53,866 bases of DNA from positions 1 to 53,866 of the IMG/VR virus record IMGVR_UViG_3300027709_000001; one strand, written 5' to 3'. This stretch comes from a virus. Taxonomy: Duplodnaviria > Caudoviricetes. The number at the start of each line of letters is the position of its first letter. Within the stretch, counting starts at the first letter, position 1. Below, piece by piece: positions 26,618 to 35,836 of the stretch. The position numbers were made by a program, and so were the translations under genes. Below the pieces are notes generated by a model that saw only the letters and a program-made list of their open reading frames with translations, was not told where the DNA came from and made no database searches.

Positions 26618-27304
26618 TTAATCCTTTTTAAACCAGACGGCAACCTGGTCAATAGTATGTATCTTTACTGAGGATCCAAAGGTGTCATGAAAGGCTTTTC
26701 TACTTCCTTGCCAGCTATTATAATCGTCTAATACAACTATTCCTCCAGGAACTACTTTTGGCCACAAATGACATAGTTCACTCATAGTACTTTCATACCA
26801 ATCAGTATCTAGTCTAAGAAATGCAATTTCTCCAGGAATATTTTCTGGATTTTCAAGTGTTTCGCATACATCACCTACAATATAATGTACTTGTTCTTGC
26901 GGTATAAATGGATTTAAATTGTTTACAACTTCGTGTAGTTCTGCTCTACACCATTGATCATAACCTTGTTTTGCTTTTGTACTTTCATGAGCAAATCCCA
27001 TTGACCCATCAGCATTCAATCTATAATCATGTATTGTTGGAGTAGTCATACCATCGAATGTATCGTATAACCAAAATCTTCTTCTAGTATTTTTATTTGC
27101 TAACCAGGCACTAATTATTTGTCCGCCCTTATAAACTCCGCATTCAACTATAGCACCTTTAATATTTTTTTCATCTAATTCTTTAATAGTATGAAATGTA
27201 TGTAAAAGCCTTTGACCACTTGTCATAGTATAAGGTTTACAAACTCCTAGCATATACCATTCGTCATCAGTAAACTCTTCTCTACGTTCTTCGTTCAATG
27301 TCAT
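26618..27304 (-). CDS. TylF/MycF-family O-methyltransferase
   Basis: IVECGVYKG, YDTFDGM, LRLDTDWYEST, GG..LDDY. Confidence 0.92.
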   Translation of the reverse strand: MTLNEERREEFTDDEWYMLGVCKPYTMTSGQRLLHTFHTIKELDEKNIKGAIVECGVYKGGQIISAWLANKNTRRRFWLYDTFDGMTTPTIHDYRLNADGSMGFAHESTKAKQGYDQWCRAELHEVVNNLNPFIPQEQVHYIVGDVCETLENPENIPGEIAFLRLDTDWYESTMSELCHLWPKVVPGGIVVLDDYNSWQGSRKAFHDTFGSSVKIHTIDQVAVWFKKD

Positions 27305-28052
27305 CTTCTACACACCTTTTACCGTATTGTACTTCTAATATATGGCAAGGTTCGTTTGTATTATTACACGCCTGATGCCATTGTTTTTCATGAATTGTAA
27401 CTGTCTGATGTTCATTAAACTGTCCTAATTCTTCTAGATCAGATGAAACATTTATTGTATTAACTGAACACGTTCCTTTAAGAATATACCAATGTTCTGA
27501 TCTATCTTGATGACGTTGCATACTTAAACTTTTATTAGGTTCTATTATTAATTCTTTAACCTTATACCCTAGCTTGTCATCTAATACTCTATACCAACCC
27601 CAATTACGTATTGTTTTAGGATTTTTCCATTCTTCTAATATCCAACTACTAGAATTTTGTTTAGCGTCACCACCAACTTCAAAAATAAATTTTACATTCG
27701 GATTGTCGCTCCATTTATCCATTTCTGGAATATTTTCTTTAGTTCTATCTCCACCGTTTGCAAATATTATTTCTGAGCCTATTGATGTTGATGCAATTAA
27801 TTTAGAAATAGCATTGTTGGCTGTGTCGTCATCATCTTTAAAGTCCATGACCCAGTCAACATTTTTTAAATTTTTTACTATTGTAGTACGTTCTTTTAAA
27901 GGCATAAACGCCCGACCTTTTTTACGTATTAACCACGCATCAGAATTAATACCGACGACTAATTGGTCGCCTAGCTTCTTAGCCGCTTCGAAATAAGCTA
28001 TATGGCCTGAGTGAAGAGGATCGAATCCACCGGTTACTAATACAATTGTCAT
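27282..28052 (-). CDS. Cytidylyltransferase-like domain fused to a mannose-6-phosphate-isomerase-type cupin
   Basis: GGFDPLHSGH, NSD, FANGGDR, SSS; then R.WG.Y, LSMQRH..RSEHW, EDDIER. Confidence 0.9.
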   Translation of the reverse strand: MTIVLVTGGFDPLHSGHIAYFEAAKKLGDQLVVGINSDAWLIRKKGRAFMPLKERTTIVKNLKNVDWVMDFKDDDDTANNAISKLIASTSIGSEIIFANGGDRTKENIPEMDKWSDNPNVKFIFEVGGDAKQNSSSWILEEWKNPKTIRNWGWYRVLDDKLGYKVKELIIEPNKSLSMQRHQDRSEHWYILKGTCSVNTINVSSDLEELGQFNEHQTVTIHEKQWHQACNNTNEPCHILEVQYGKRCVEDDIERRT

Positions 28053-28070
28053 TACAACTGTATTTAATAA

Positions 28071-28781
28071 CTATGCTAGTGTTGTGCGGATGTAATTGAT
28101 TATTGTTTCGGGATCGGTATTAGTGTAAGGATCGGCGTCACTACCGTCTTGATTAAATCCAGGTTCAATAAAGGCTTGATCTACAATACTGTTAATAACA
28201 TATATTGAATAACGCCATGAACGATTTGAAAATCCAAGGTGACGTTTATTAACAAGCATACCCATAGATTCAGTAAAATCTCCATTGCCGTCAGCAAGTA
28301 ATTTTACTTTTTTAATACCAAGATCGTCTGCCCAAGCATTCATAACAAAGCCATCATTTATTGAAACACAATATACTTCGTCAATGCCTAAGCCTTTAAA
28401 TCTATCATATGCTTCTTCGTAAGCAGGTAATTGTTTAGTTGAACACGTTGGTGTAAATGCACCAGGTAAACTAAACAGAACAATTTTTTTGTTTGCAAAT
28501 AAAGAAACAGATTCAATTTTTTGAAAATCTCCCATAACCCTATTAACAAATGTTGCATTTGGAATACGGTCGTATCTTTCTATTTTTTGTATAGAACCCG
28601 GAAGAGCAGGGTGTCCTGTTCTTTCAAATTTTTCTTTATATGCTTTTGCGTACTCATCTGGTGTTGGTACCGTTGTATGTGTATCTTTAATTTCTTTTTC
28701 AAATTTTTGATCAGTACTTCGATGGTTGCCACCGTATTGATCTTGTATTTGTTTACCTACCGGTGTATCTGATAGTTTCAT
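28071..28781 (-). CDS. Peroxiredoxin (Prx5 type) with N-terminal extension
   Basis: LPGAFTPTCS, SIND.FVM.AW, RSWRYS. Confidence 0.93.
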   Translation of the reverse strand: MKLSDTPVGKQIQDQYGGNHRSTDQKFEKEIKDTHTTVPTPDEYAKAYKEKFERTGHPALPGSIQKIERYDRIPNATFVNRVMGDFQKIESVSLFANKKIVLFSLPGAFTPTCSTKQLPAYEEAYDRFKGLGIDEVYCVSINDGFVMNAWADDLGIKKVKLLADGNGDFTESMGMLVNKRHLGFSNRSWRYSIYVINSIVDQAFIEPGFNQDGSDADPYTNTDPETIINYIRTTLA

Positions 28782-28930
28782 TTTTTCTCCTTGGCTTCTT
28801 GTAGTACTCTGGCTTTTTCTTCGTTTGTTTTTGCTTTATATTCTTCTTCGGTTAGATTATGCCAACCAATGCAATCACCAGTTGGAGATCTTCCACAACC
28901 ACAAGTTCCTTTTTTCTTAGAGTCTGGCAT
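28778..28930 (-). CDS. 50-aa CDGSH-like putative Fe-S protein (not in ORF track)
   Basis: MPDSKKKGTCGCGRSPTGDCIGWH...; 3Cys-1His; ATGA overlap with Prx. Confidence 0.65.
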   Translation of the reverse strand: MPDSKKKGTCGCGRSPTGDCIGWHNLTEEEYKAKTNEEKARVLQEAKEKK

Positions 28931-29372
28931 CTTCCATTCCTGCAACACGAAGCTTTACAATATTAGTTAGTTGCCATTGCTTTTGGTCAAGTGCTTTTGT
29001 GACTCCTAACCATTTATTACGCATTAATGCGAATTCATTTATAATTTTTTCATAATCAACAACGTCTGCTTCACCGTCAACGTACTTTTCTACATCACGA
29101 CTACTTAATGCTCGTTGGTAATTTTCCAAATATTTTTTGAAGAAAGAACTTCTTAGTCGACGTAATTCAATGTTTAAATATTCCAATATTGCTTCGAGCT
29201 CTTGAAGTTGATTAAAGCGATGTTCAACCAAACCGGGCATCTCTGCCGCGGCTTTTTCAACACTACCTTTAATTCTAACTTCAGCTCTAGCATCTTCTAG
29301 TTCGTGTTCAAAATAGCCAATAGCCGCCGGTATTTTTCCAACGTCTTTAGCAATATCAGAATACCAGCCCAT
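28917..29372 (-). CDS. uvsY: Recombination mediator UvsY-like
   Basis: Coiled-coil ~150 aa, VEKYVDGE, located next to uvsX. Confidence 0.75.
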   Translation of the reverse strand: MGWYSDIAKDVGKIPAAIGYFEHELEDARAEVRIKGSVEKAAAEMPGLVEHRFNQLQELEAILEYLNIELRRLRSSFFKKYLENYQRALSSRDVEKYVDGEADVVDYEKIINEFALMRNKWLGVTKALDQKQWQLTNIVKLRVAGMEDARL

Positions 29373-29605
29373 TAATAATCCTCGTCGTCAACATCTTCAT
29401 CATAGTCTTGGTCTTCTTCTAAGTAATAGGATATTGCTTTATCTAAATCATTATCCATACCTAATGCATCACGAAGTGCTTCATCTGGTGTGCCAAAATC
29501 AGCACACAGATCAACAAATCTTTCTGCTACAGTTTCTATGTGTTTTTTATCAATATACTCTTTAAAGCATTGCCAGATTTCACTGACTTGCGATCCCGTA
29601 TCCAT
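29372..29605 (-). CDS. Small acidic protein
   Basis: MDTGSQ... start after GAGGAG; acidic tail. Confidence 0.7.
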   Translation of the reverse strand: MDTGSQVSEIWQCFKEYIDKKHIETVAERFVDLCADFGTPDEALRDALGMDNDLDKAISYYLEEDQDYDEDVDDEDY

Positions 29606-29612
29606 ATGTGTC

Positions 29613-30665
29613 TTACTCCTCAGTAACGTCATCCTCAACAACATCTCCCATCGGAAGGTTATCGAAGTCACTCATAATTATCTCTAACTCTTCGCCACCC
29701 CAGTCTTTCCGATAGTGTATATGTTCCTTGTTTGAAGAATCAACGTATTTAAGTCGATTGCCTTGTTGTTTCAACAGGCCTTTCTTCTCAAATAAGTCAA
29801 CTAGTCCTGAGTAAGGATCCATACCAGTTTCATATGGAATTTTAACTTGTACAGATTCAAAAGGTTTTGCGTAACGTGTTTTCATTATCTTACAAGCGGC
29901 TCTAATACCACGTACATCGGTAACCTTTTTACCGTCTTCATCTTCTTTAAGTTTTAGCTTTTTCATTGCTATAACTATTGAACTTGCATATATAAATCCT
30001 TGTCCACCACTAATTTTATCGTCGGGATCAAACATATCTTGTGATGCATAAGTGTGATTAGTACATACTAGTCCTACGTTATGTGCACCAATCATATTAA
30101 CTGTATTACGTACTAATGATGTAAGTGCTTTAGGTTTACGACCCATATCACCCTTCATATCACCTTTTGTAAATTGATCAACATCAGTAGGTGTTAATAA
30201 CATACCTAAACTGTCAATCACAAATAATATTTTTGGGCGTTCTTCTTCTGGCATTTCTCTGTAGTCTGCCATAAATGTGCTAATAGTTTTAGCAACATCA
30301 TCAACCATACTCATACTTAATTTGAGTAATTTTTTGTCGTCGGTGTCTACATCTAATGCTTGTAACCAGGCTTCATCTAATGCATTTTCTGAATCAATCA
30401 AAATAACATATATGCCTTGGTCTTGTGCGGCCTTTACTAAATTACCTGCCGCTATAAATGATTTGCCTGAACCTGATTCGCCTGCCAAAACTGTAACCTT
30501 ACCTAGTGGTACGCCTTTATGAAAGTCGCCACTAATAAGATAGTTAAGTGCAAAGTTTCCTGTGCTAATCCAATCAGTTGGATCATGGAAACCATGGCTC
30601 ATGCCGGTAATTGATTTAGTTAAGTTTTTACGAAACTTAGAAACGTCAAATGCTTTATTCGTCAT
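29613..30665 (-). CDS. uvsX: RecA-like recombinase UvsX
   Basis: ISTG, GESGSGKS, DSENA, VIDSL, NH.Y, SGG. Confidence 0.93.
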   Translation of the reverse strand: MTNKAFDVSKFRKNLTKSITGMSHGFHDPTDWISTGNFALNYLISGDFHKGVPLGKVTVLAGESGSGKSFIAAGNLVKAAQDQGIYVILIDSENALDEAWLQALDVDTDDKKLLKLSMSMVDDVAKTISTFMADYREMPEEERPKILFVIDSLGMLLTPTDVDQFTKGDMKGDMGRKPKALTSLVRNTVNMIGAHNVGLVCTNHTYASQDMFDPDDKISGGQGFIYASSIVIAMKKLKLKEDEDGKKVTDVRGIRAACKIMKTRYAKPFESVQVKIPYETGMDPYSGLVDLFEKKGLLKQQGNRLKYVDSSNKEHIHYRKDWGGEELEIIMSDFDNLPMGDVVEDDVTEE

Positions 30666-30690
30666 AATTTCTCCTTATCCATAAACTGAT

Positions 30691-30712
30691 GGGGGTGACA
30701 AAAGCCACCCCC
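30691..30712 (-). terminator. Strong hairpin between ssb and uvsX (terminator or stabiliser)
   Basis: GGGGGTG...CACCCCC inverted repeat; weak U-tract. Confidence 0.55.
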
Positions 30713-30727
30713 AAACAACATTTGTTA

Positions 30728-31675
30728 CTAACCTTGACGTGAGCGGATCATTTTTAAAATGTCTTCCGCTTTGTTATTGTCAGTACTTGGTGCTACTGTT
30801 TCTTCAGCAACTGGTTTAGTAGTCGTGTCTACTTTTGGAGTTGCCGGAGTTGGACTTGGAGTCGACGCTTTTACAGGATCTCCTGTACGAGCTGACATTC
30901 CCGCTGGACGGAAATAACTTCCAAATTTCTCCATATCGTATGCTTCACCATCAACAGATTTTTCAAACATCTCTTTGATAGCCTCAACTTCTACGTCACC
31001 TGGTTTCTTAGGTAAGTAGTCGCTAAGAGTAAACAGTCCGTTATTTTCAACAGCCTTATACTCATCTTCGCTCAATGCACGATCTTTACGTGACCAAGTT
31101 GAAGTTGAATAGTCTGCATAACCACCTTTAGAAGTTTTAGAAATTCTAAAGTCTACACCTGCGGTATAGTCTGTTGGTAGTTCATTCATGTCAGGATCCA
31201 TTAATGCACCCTTTATGATTTGAAAAATTTGCGGACCAATGATAAACCTACGAATTGGGTTTTCTGGTGTGTTGTCCTCTTTAAGAGGGTTATCAGTTAC
31301 AAAGCCTTGGAATACATAAGAACGTTTTTTCCAATATTTACGTCCCATGTCTTCTAAGTTTTTATCTTTGAACCAACCACGTACTTCACTTAATACGTTA
31401 CAAGTTTCGCCATACATTTCCATACATGGTACTTGAACTTGTACAGGTCGTGAGTCAGACTCACCTTTAATACCTGCAAAAGGTAGTTTGATCATCAAAC
31501 GTTCCTGCCAGAAGAAAGTGTTATTTTCATCTCCGTCTGGTAAGAAACGAACCGTTGCCGATTCTCCTTCTTTCAAATTCCAAAATGGGTAAATGGCGTT
31601 GTCGCCGCCGGAACCACCTGAAGAGCGGTTCTCTTGTTCTTTAAGTTTTGCACGAATTTCTGCTAATGTAGCCAT
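30728..31675 (-). CDS. gp32: Single-stranded DNA-binding protein (T4 gp32-like)
   Basis: VRFLPD, Cys pair, YWKKRSY, G.DF.I.K, YADY..S; adjacent to uvsX. Confidence 0.85.
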   Translation of the reverse strand: MATLAEIRAKLKEQENRSSGGSGGDNAIYPFWNLKEGESATVRFLPDGDENNTFFWQERLMIKLPFAGIKGESDSRPVQVQVPCMEMYGETCNVLSEVRGWFKDKNLEDMGRKYWKKRSYVFQGFVTDNPLKEDNTPENPIRRFIIGPQIFQIIKGALMDPDMNELPTDYTAGVDFRISKTSKGGYADYSTSTWSRKDRALSEDEYKAVENNGLFTLSDYLPKKPGDVEVEAIKEMFEKSVDGEAYDMEKFGSYFRPAGMSARTGDPVKASTPSPTPATPKVDTTTKPVAEETVAPSTDNNKAEDILKMIRSRQG

Positions 31676-31743
31676 AATTATAAGCCTCCTTTAATTGTTA
31701 AGCCTTTCGCTAGTGCCTTTAAACATAGTAGCACATAATGTAT

Positions 31744-31772
31744 ATACTACTATCTTTTATTTAGTAAGTCAA
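31744..31772 (-). promoter_or_regulatory. Sigma70-type promoter with nested TAAATA late motif
   Basis: TTGACT-N17-TAGTAT; TAAATA at 31758-31763. Confidence 0.6.
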
Positions 31773-31797
31773 GTTCTATGTTGCCGAAAAAGTGGTT

Positions 31798-33777
31798 TTA
31801 AACGCCTGCTAATTGTTTTACACGTTCCATTTCACGATCTTCACCTTGAAATAGTTTTTCAATCATCTTTTCTGCAAATGGTAAACTCTTCTCACCAAAT
31901 TCTTTTTCAACAGCCGTCATGACTGCTGTTTCGCCTTTTGGAAATCTATTAGTTGTATAATCATAATAACTTTTGATTAGCTCTTCTAATTTTTCCGATG
32001 GTCTTCTGTTGTCGCCTTTTTCTTTATCTCGTTCTGCGCCTTTTTGTTTTACAATTTTTTTAAGTATCTTAGGATCAAAATATCCTTTTTCTGGATGATC
32101 CAACGGTCGTGCTTCTGTTGGAACTTCTGCTGGTGCTTCTCCACCTTGCATATCACCTGTATCAATTTGTGAACTAACATCTGGTGCGTGTGCTTTAATC
32201 CATTTCATTACAAGTGGTCTTACACAAATATCGGAATCTTTTTGTCCAACTTTACGGAACATTTCTTGTAATTTTGGATCATCAATTATTCCAGCTAAAC
32301 TTGTAATTGCGTTTGTACCGTTTTGGCCTGCTGGAAAATGTTCACCCATTAGTCCATTAAGTTTTTCAATTGCTTGTGCTTTATCTTCATCTGATCCGTC
32401 TGTTAATGCGTTTTCGGCTTCACCAACAATATAAGAAAGAGCTTTTTCATAACTTGCAACTGGATCGAAATTCATTTCTTCACCTTGTGCATATTTGTTA
32501 TCTCTTTGGCTCCACGTGTCATCTGCATGGTCTTGAGCTATTTCAAGAAAGTGTTTCCAATCATCTTTTAGTTGCATATCAATTAAGTCTTGATCTACTT
32601 TGGCCGCATTCTGTTCTTGATCAACTGAACCTCTTAGTGACTTAGGATCAACTGTTACTGTATTATTTTCGCTATCAACTGTAGCATGGTAATATAACAT
32701 TCCACCTGTTACTTCACCATCATCTCCAGTCCATTCAACATCTACTTCATCGTCAAACTCTTCTGGATCGAATCCTTCTACTACTGAAGTGATGTCTTCA
32801 AGCTCGTCAATTTTTTTAGAATCATTAACAAGTTTATAAACGTATGGGAATACGCTTTTTAATTCTTCATTAAATGATCTAATAGTTAATTCATCAATCC
32901 AACTATTACTAACTTCTTCTGGTACTTCTGTTATTTCTGTAACAGTAAAGTTCTTTCTAGCTTCTAAATAATGTGCGGGTCTTTGTAGTTTTAAACATTC
33001 TTTTTTGACTGTTTCTAATCGTTCATTAACAACATCAAGATAACCTTTAAGGCCTTCTGCCATTACTGCTGAACGATTCATGTATGTTTTAAATTGTCTT
33101 AATTTTGCTAATTCTTCACTTAACCCAACAATGTGTTTACCAAAATCATCATAGAGATTACCACCTTCGGAGACGTGACGTGCTAATGCTCTTGCACCAT
33201 TTAAGTGCCTATATGGATATCTGTATCTTTCACCGTTGTCGCTTTCTATATAAATGCTATGAACGTGTTGTGTTCTTGCACCAGGTATTTCTAAATTAAC
33301 TGGCTTATTATGTTTTAGTACTAAACGAGCTTTATCGACATCTTCATAGCTTGTTCTACTCGTTCCGTACATTTTAGATTCACTCATTGTGTTGTCTCCG
33401 GAGCTCTTTTTAGTTAAGTGTGCATAATCTCGTTTATCTAGATTCGACTTTGTTATATCACGTGTATCAAAATTTAACATATTTTTCTTAGCAAATACTC
33501 TTAATTCCTTTAAAAAGTTGTACCAGTTATCTTTAACGTCCTCATTTTCTTCGCTAATAAAGTCGTTATTATATGTAACTACTACGCCATCTTCTTCAGT
33601 AAGTGTAATACTTACCTTTCCTAGTGTGTTTCCTTCATCTTGGAAATCAAAGTCAAAATAACGAGCTGTTGTTGGATCATCAGTTACTATGCCTTCTGCG
33701 TCGCCCAACGTAACTGAAGGGAAACGACCTCTAATTTTAGCAAATAAATTCTCTGATATTTTATCCATTGTGCTCAT
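31798..33777 (-). CDS. Large acidic protein, probably head-associated
   Basis: 659 aa; late motif 5 nt before ATG; adjacent to terminase. Confidence 0.7.
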   Translation of the reverse strand: MSTMDKISENLFAKIRGRFPSVTLGDAEGIVTDDPTTARYFDFDFQDEGNTLGKVSITLTEEDGVVVTYNNDFISEENEDVKDNWYNFLKELRVFAKKNMLNFDTRDITKSNLDKRDYAHLTKKSSGDNTMSESKMYGTSRTSYEDVDKARLVLKHNKPVNLEIPGARTQHVHSIYIESDNGERYRYPYRHLNGARALARHVSEGGNLYDDFGKHIVGLSEELAKLRQFKTYMNRSAVMAEGLKGYLDVVNERLETVKKECLKLQRPAHYLEARKNFTVTEITEVPEEVSNSWIDELTIRSFNEELKSVFPYVYKLVNDSKKIDELEDITSVVEGFDPEEFDDEVDVEWTGDDGEVTGGMLYYHATVDSENNTVTVDPKSLRGSVDQEQNAAKVDQDLIDMQLKDDWKHFLEIAQDHADDTWSQRDNKYAQGEEMNFDPVASYEKALSYIVGEAENALTDGSDEDKAQAIEKLNGLMGEHFPAGQNGTNAITSLAGIIDDPKLQEMFRKVGQKDSDICVRPLVMKWIKAHAPDVSSQIDTGDMQGGEAPAEVPTEARPLDHPEKGYFDPKILKKIVKQKGAERDKEKGDNRRPSEKLEELIKSYYDYTTNRFPKGETAVMTAVEKEFGEKSLPFAEKMIEKLFQGEDREMERVKQLAGV

Positions 33778-33785
33778 GTTATTAT

Positions 33786-35381
33786 TTATCTGTATTGCGT
33801 ACTAACCATGATGGGCATAGGCGGTACAAAATCTTCGTCTAATTCCTCATCTGCTTGGTTAAATGTATCATATACTCTAGGATCCCACATTTTCATAACG
33901 CTAATCATACGCATAGCTAACAAGGCGGCACTAACTAGATCGTCAGTTTCACCGGGTTTTGCTTTAAAACTAGACCCTGATGCTACAAATCCTTTTAATT
34001 CAGTAATTAGAGGTTTACTGTTTACTTTCATTCTATCGTTTTCAACCATAGTTTTTAATTTAGCACAAGCACTTACTTTAGTCATATGAGTAGTATTAAA
34101 TCCTTTGCGGAATTTACGTATATGTCCTTTTTTAATAGGTTCATTAACAAACATTCCAGGTATATTTTCTTCACCGAAATCGTTAATAACAATAAGTGCG
34201 GCCTCACCTATAGCATTATTTTCTACACTAAAGTAAATATTTTGCCCGTCAGTTTCGCTTGTTTCTTTAATATAGTTACAAATATCTTTCATAATTCTAA
34301 CTTGGGTAGGTATAGGTGTAGTGTTATGACGCCATTCACCTACTTGTTTATATGTAGGAATTTCAAATATTTGGATAGCCGCATAATCGCCGCCAGTACC
34401 CATTGAAGGATCTAAAGCAACTACATACGTTTTATCGCCAGCTGGTTTACCGTACCAACGAGTTTGTCCCATATTAAGTATAGGATCTTTTCCTTCTAGT
34501 GTAGATAATTTAATTGCATTAATTAATGTTTCATCATAAACTAAAAATTCGCAACCATACTCACGTCTAAAACGTTCTTCACCAATACGCCCTACTTCTG
34601 CTTTCATCCATTTTTCATCTCTATCTGGGTGTTCGTCCCAGTTAGCTGTAAAACCATGAAAGCCATTAATACCTACTTCTTGTTCGTTTCCTGTTTCGTC
34701 AAATTTATTTTGTGATTCTTTCCATATAATTGCAAATGTATCTTCGTCTGAGTTTGGTGTTGAAGTAATAATTGCACGACCACCTGTTGCTAGTGTTGGT
34801 GACATTGAAGTCCAAAACTCATCTGCAATACTAGGATTAACAAATGCAAACTCATCACAGTATAATAAAGATATAGACATACCTCTACCAGTATTACCTG
34901 TAGTAGTAGCACTTACTAATCTACTACCGTTTTCAAATTCCATTGAACCTTTATTATAGTTTGTAACACCTGCACGAATATAGTCAGGACATAATTCATA
35001 TCCATAACGTATACGTTGCATAATTTCTTGAGCACCAGCAAATTTATGTGCGGCAATTAATATTGTTTGATCAGGATGAAACATAGCATACCATAAAAGA
35101 TATGCAGAAGCACAAGTTGTTTTACCACTTTGGCGTGGGAGCATATTAACATTAAATCTATGATTATGATATGCTTCCATAAGTTTTACTTGATAGTCAT
35201 AAGGTTTAAATAACATTTTTCCATCAACAGGGTGTTGAATATTATAAAAATGTTCTGCGAAATGTAAGAAGCCTGTAGTGTCGTCCATACAGAGTTTTAA
35301 ATTCTCTATTTCGGTTTCACCAAATTTTTCACGTAAATGGGGCTTTTTAGTTAATACGCCGTCTAAACTTTTTATGCTCAT
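33786..35381 (-). CDS. gp17: Terminase large subunit (T4 gp17-like)
   Basis: PRQSGKTT, YCDEFAF, TSTPN, F.REY.CEF, ALDPS, DDLV; start MSIKSLDG. Confidence 0.95.
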   Translation of the reverse strand: MSIKSLDGVLTKKPHLREKFGETEIENLKLCMDDTTGFLHFAEHFYNIQHPVDGKMLFKPYDYQVKLMEAYHNHRFNVNMLPRQSGKTTCASAYLLWYAMFHPDQTILIAAHKFAGAQEIMQRIRYGYELCPDYIRAGVTNYNKGSMEFENGSRLVSATTTGNTGRGMSISLLYCDEFAFVNPSIADEFWTSMSPTLATGGRAIITSTPNSDEDTFAIIWKESQNKFDETGNEQEVGINGFHGFTANWDEHPDRDEKWMKAEVGRIGEERFRREYGCEFLVYDETLINAIKLSTLEGKDPILNMGQTRWYGKPAGDKTYVVALDPSMGTGGDYAAIQIFEIPTYKQVGEWRHNTTPIPTQVRIMKDICNYIKETSETDGQNIYFSVENNAIGEAALIVINDFGEENIPGMFVNEPIKKGHIRKFRKGFNTTHMTKVSACAKLKTMVENDRMKVNSKPLITELKGFVASGSSFKAKPGETDDLVSAALLAMRMISVMKMWDPRVYDTFNQADEELDEDFVPPMPIMVSTQYR

Positions 35382-35397
35382 AGCAGTATTTATTGGC

Positions 35398-35423
35398 AAA
35401 AATAGGACCTTACGGTCCTATTT
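35398..35423 (-). terminator. Intrinsic terminator
   Basis: AAATAGGACC-GTAA-GGTCCTATTTTT. Confidence 0.8.
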
Positions 35424-35472
35424 GAGTTTACAATATGGGGAGGAAATATTGTGTTTGTATTATAGTTTTTTA

Positions 35473-35826
35473 TTATGTTAGTGTAATGCCTGTTACAGCC
35501 GCTACAGTAGTACCAGTAACATCAATGTTGTTTGGACCAACTGTTGTTCCTAAGTCACGTACTCTTGTTTGAATATCAGTAGCTGATAATGCCGCATCTG
35601 TAATCATATAAACAATTCCGCTGTTAGCATCAACTAATTGATACATTAAAGGATTAATTTCTTTAATAATCATTTCGCCTGCTTCATCAACAGCATCATC
35701 TTCTGCTCTTAAATCAACAGCCGTTCCACCGTTGACTTTTACAGTCATTAACCATCCTTTGGCATTATGTTGATATAAAGTACCAACTGTTACACCTAGT
35801 CCGTTTGTTCTTGTAAATCCTACCAT
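35473..35826 (-). CDS. Small Thr/Val/Gly-rich putative virion protein
   Basis: Composition, structural-gene context, followed by a strong terminator. Confidence 0.65.
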   Translation of the reverse strand: MVGFTRTNGLGVTVGTLYQHNAKGWLMTVKVNGGTAVDLRAEDDAVDEAGEMIIKEINPLMYQLVDANSGIVYMITDAALSATDIQTRVRDLGTTVGPNNIDVTGTTVAAVTGITLT

Positions 35827-35836
35827 GCTATTTTCC

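Noticed and set aside
3154-35381. Inteins or introns in helicase, UvsW, UvsX or terminase
   Set aside because: Protein lengths are normal and motifs are contiguous.
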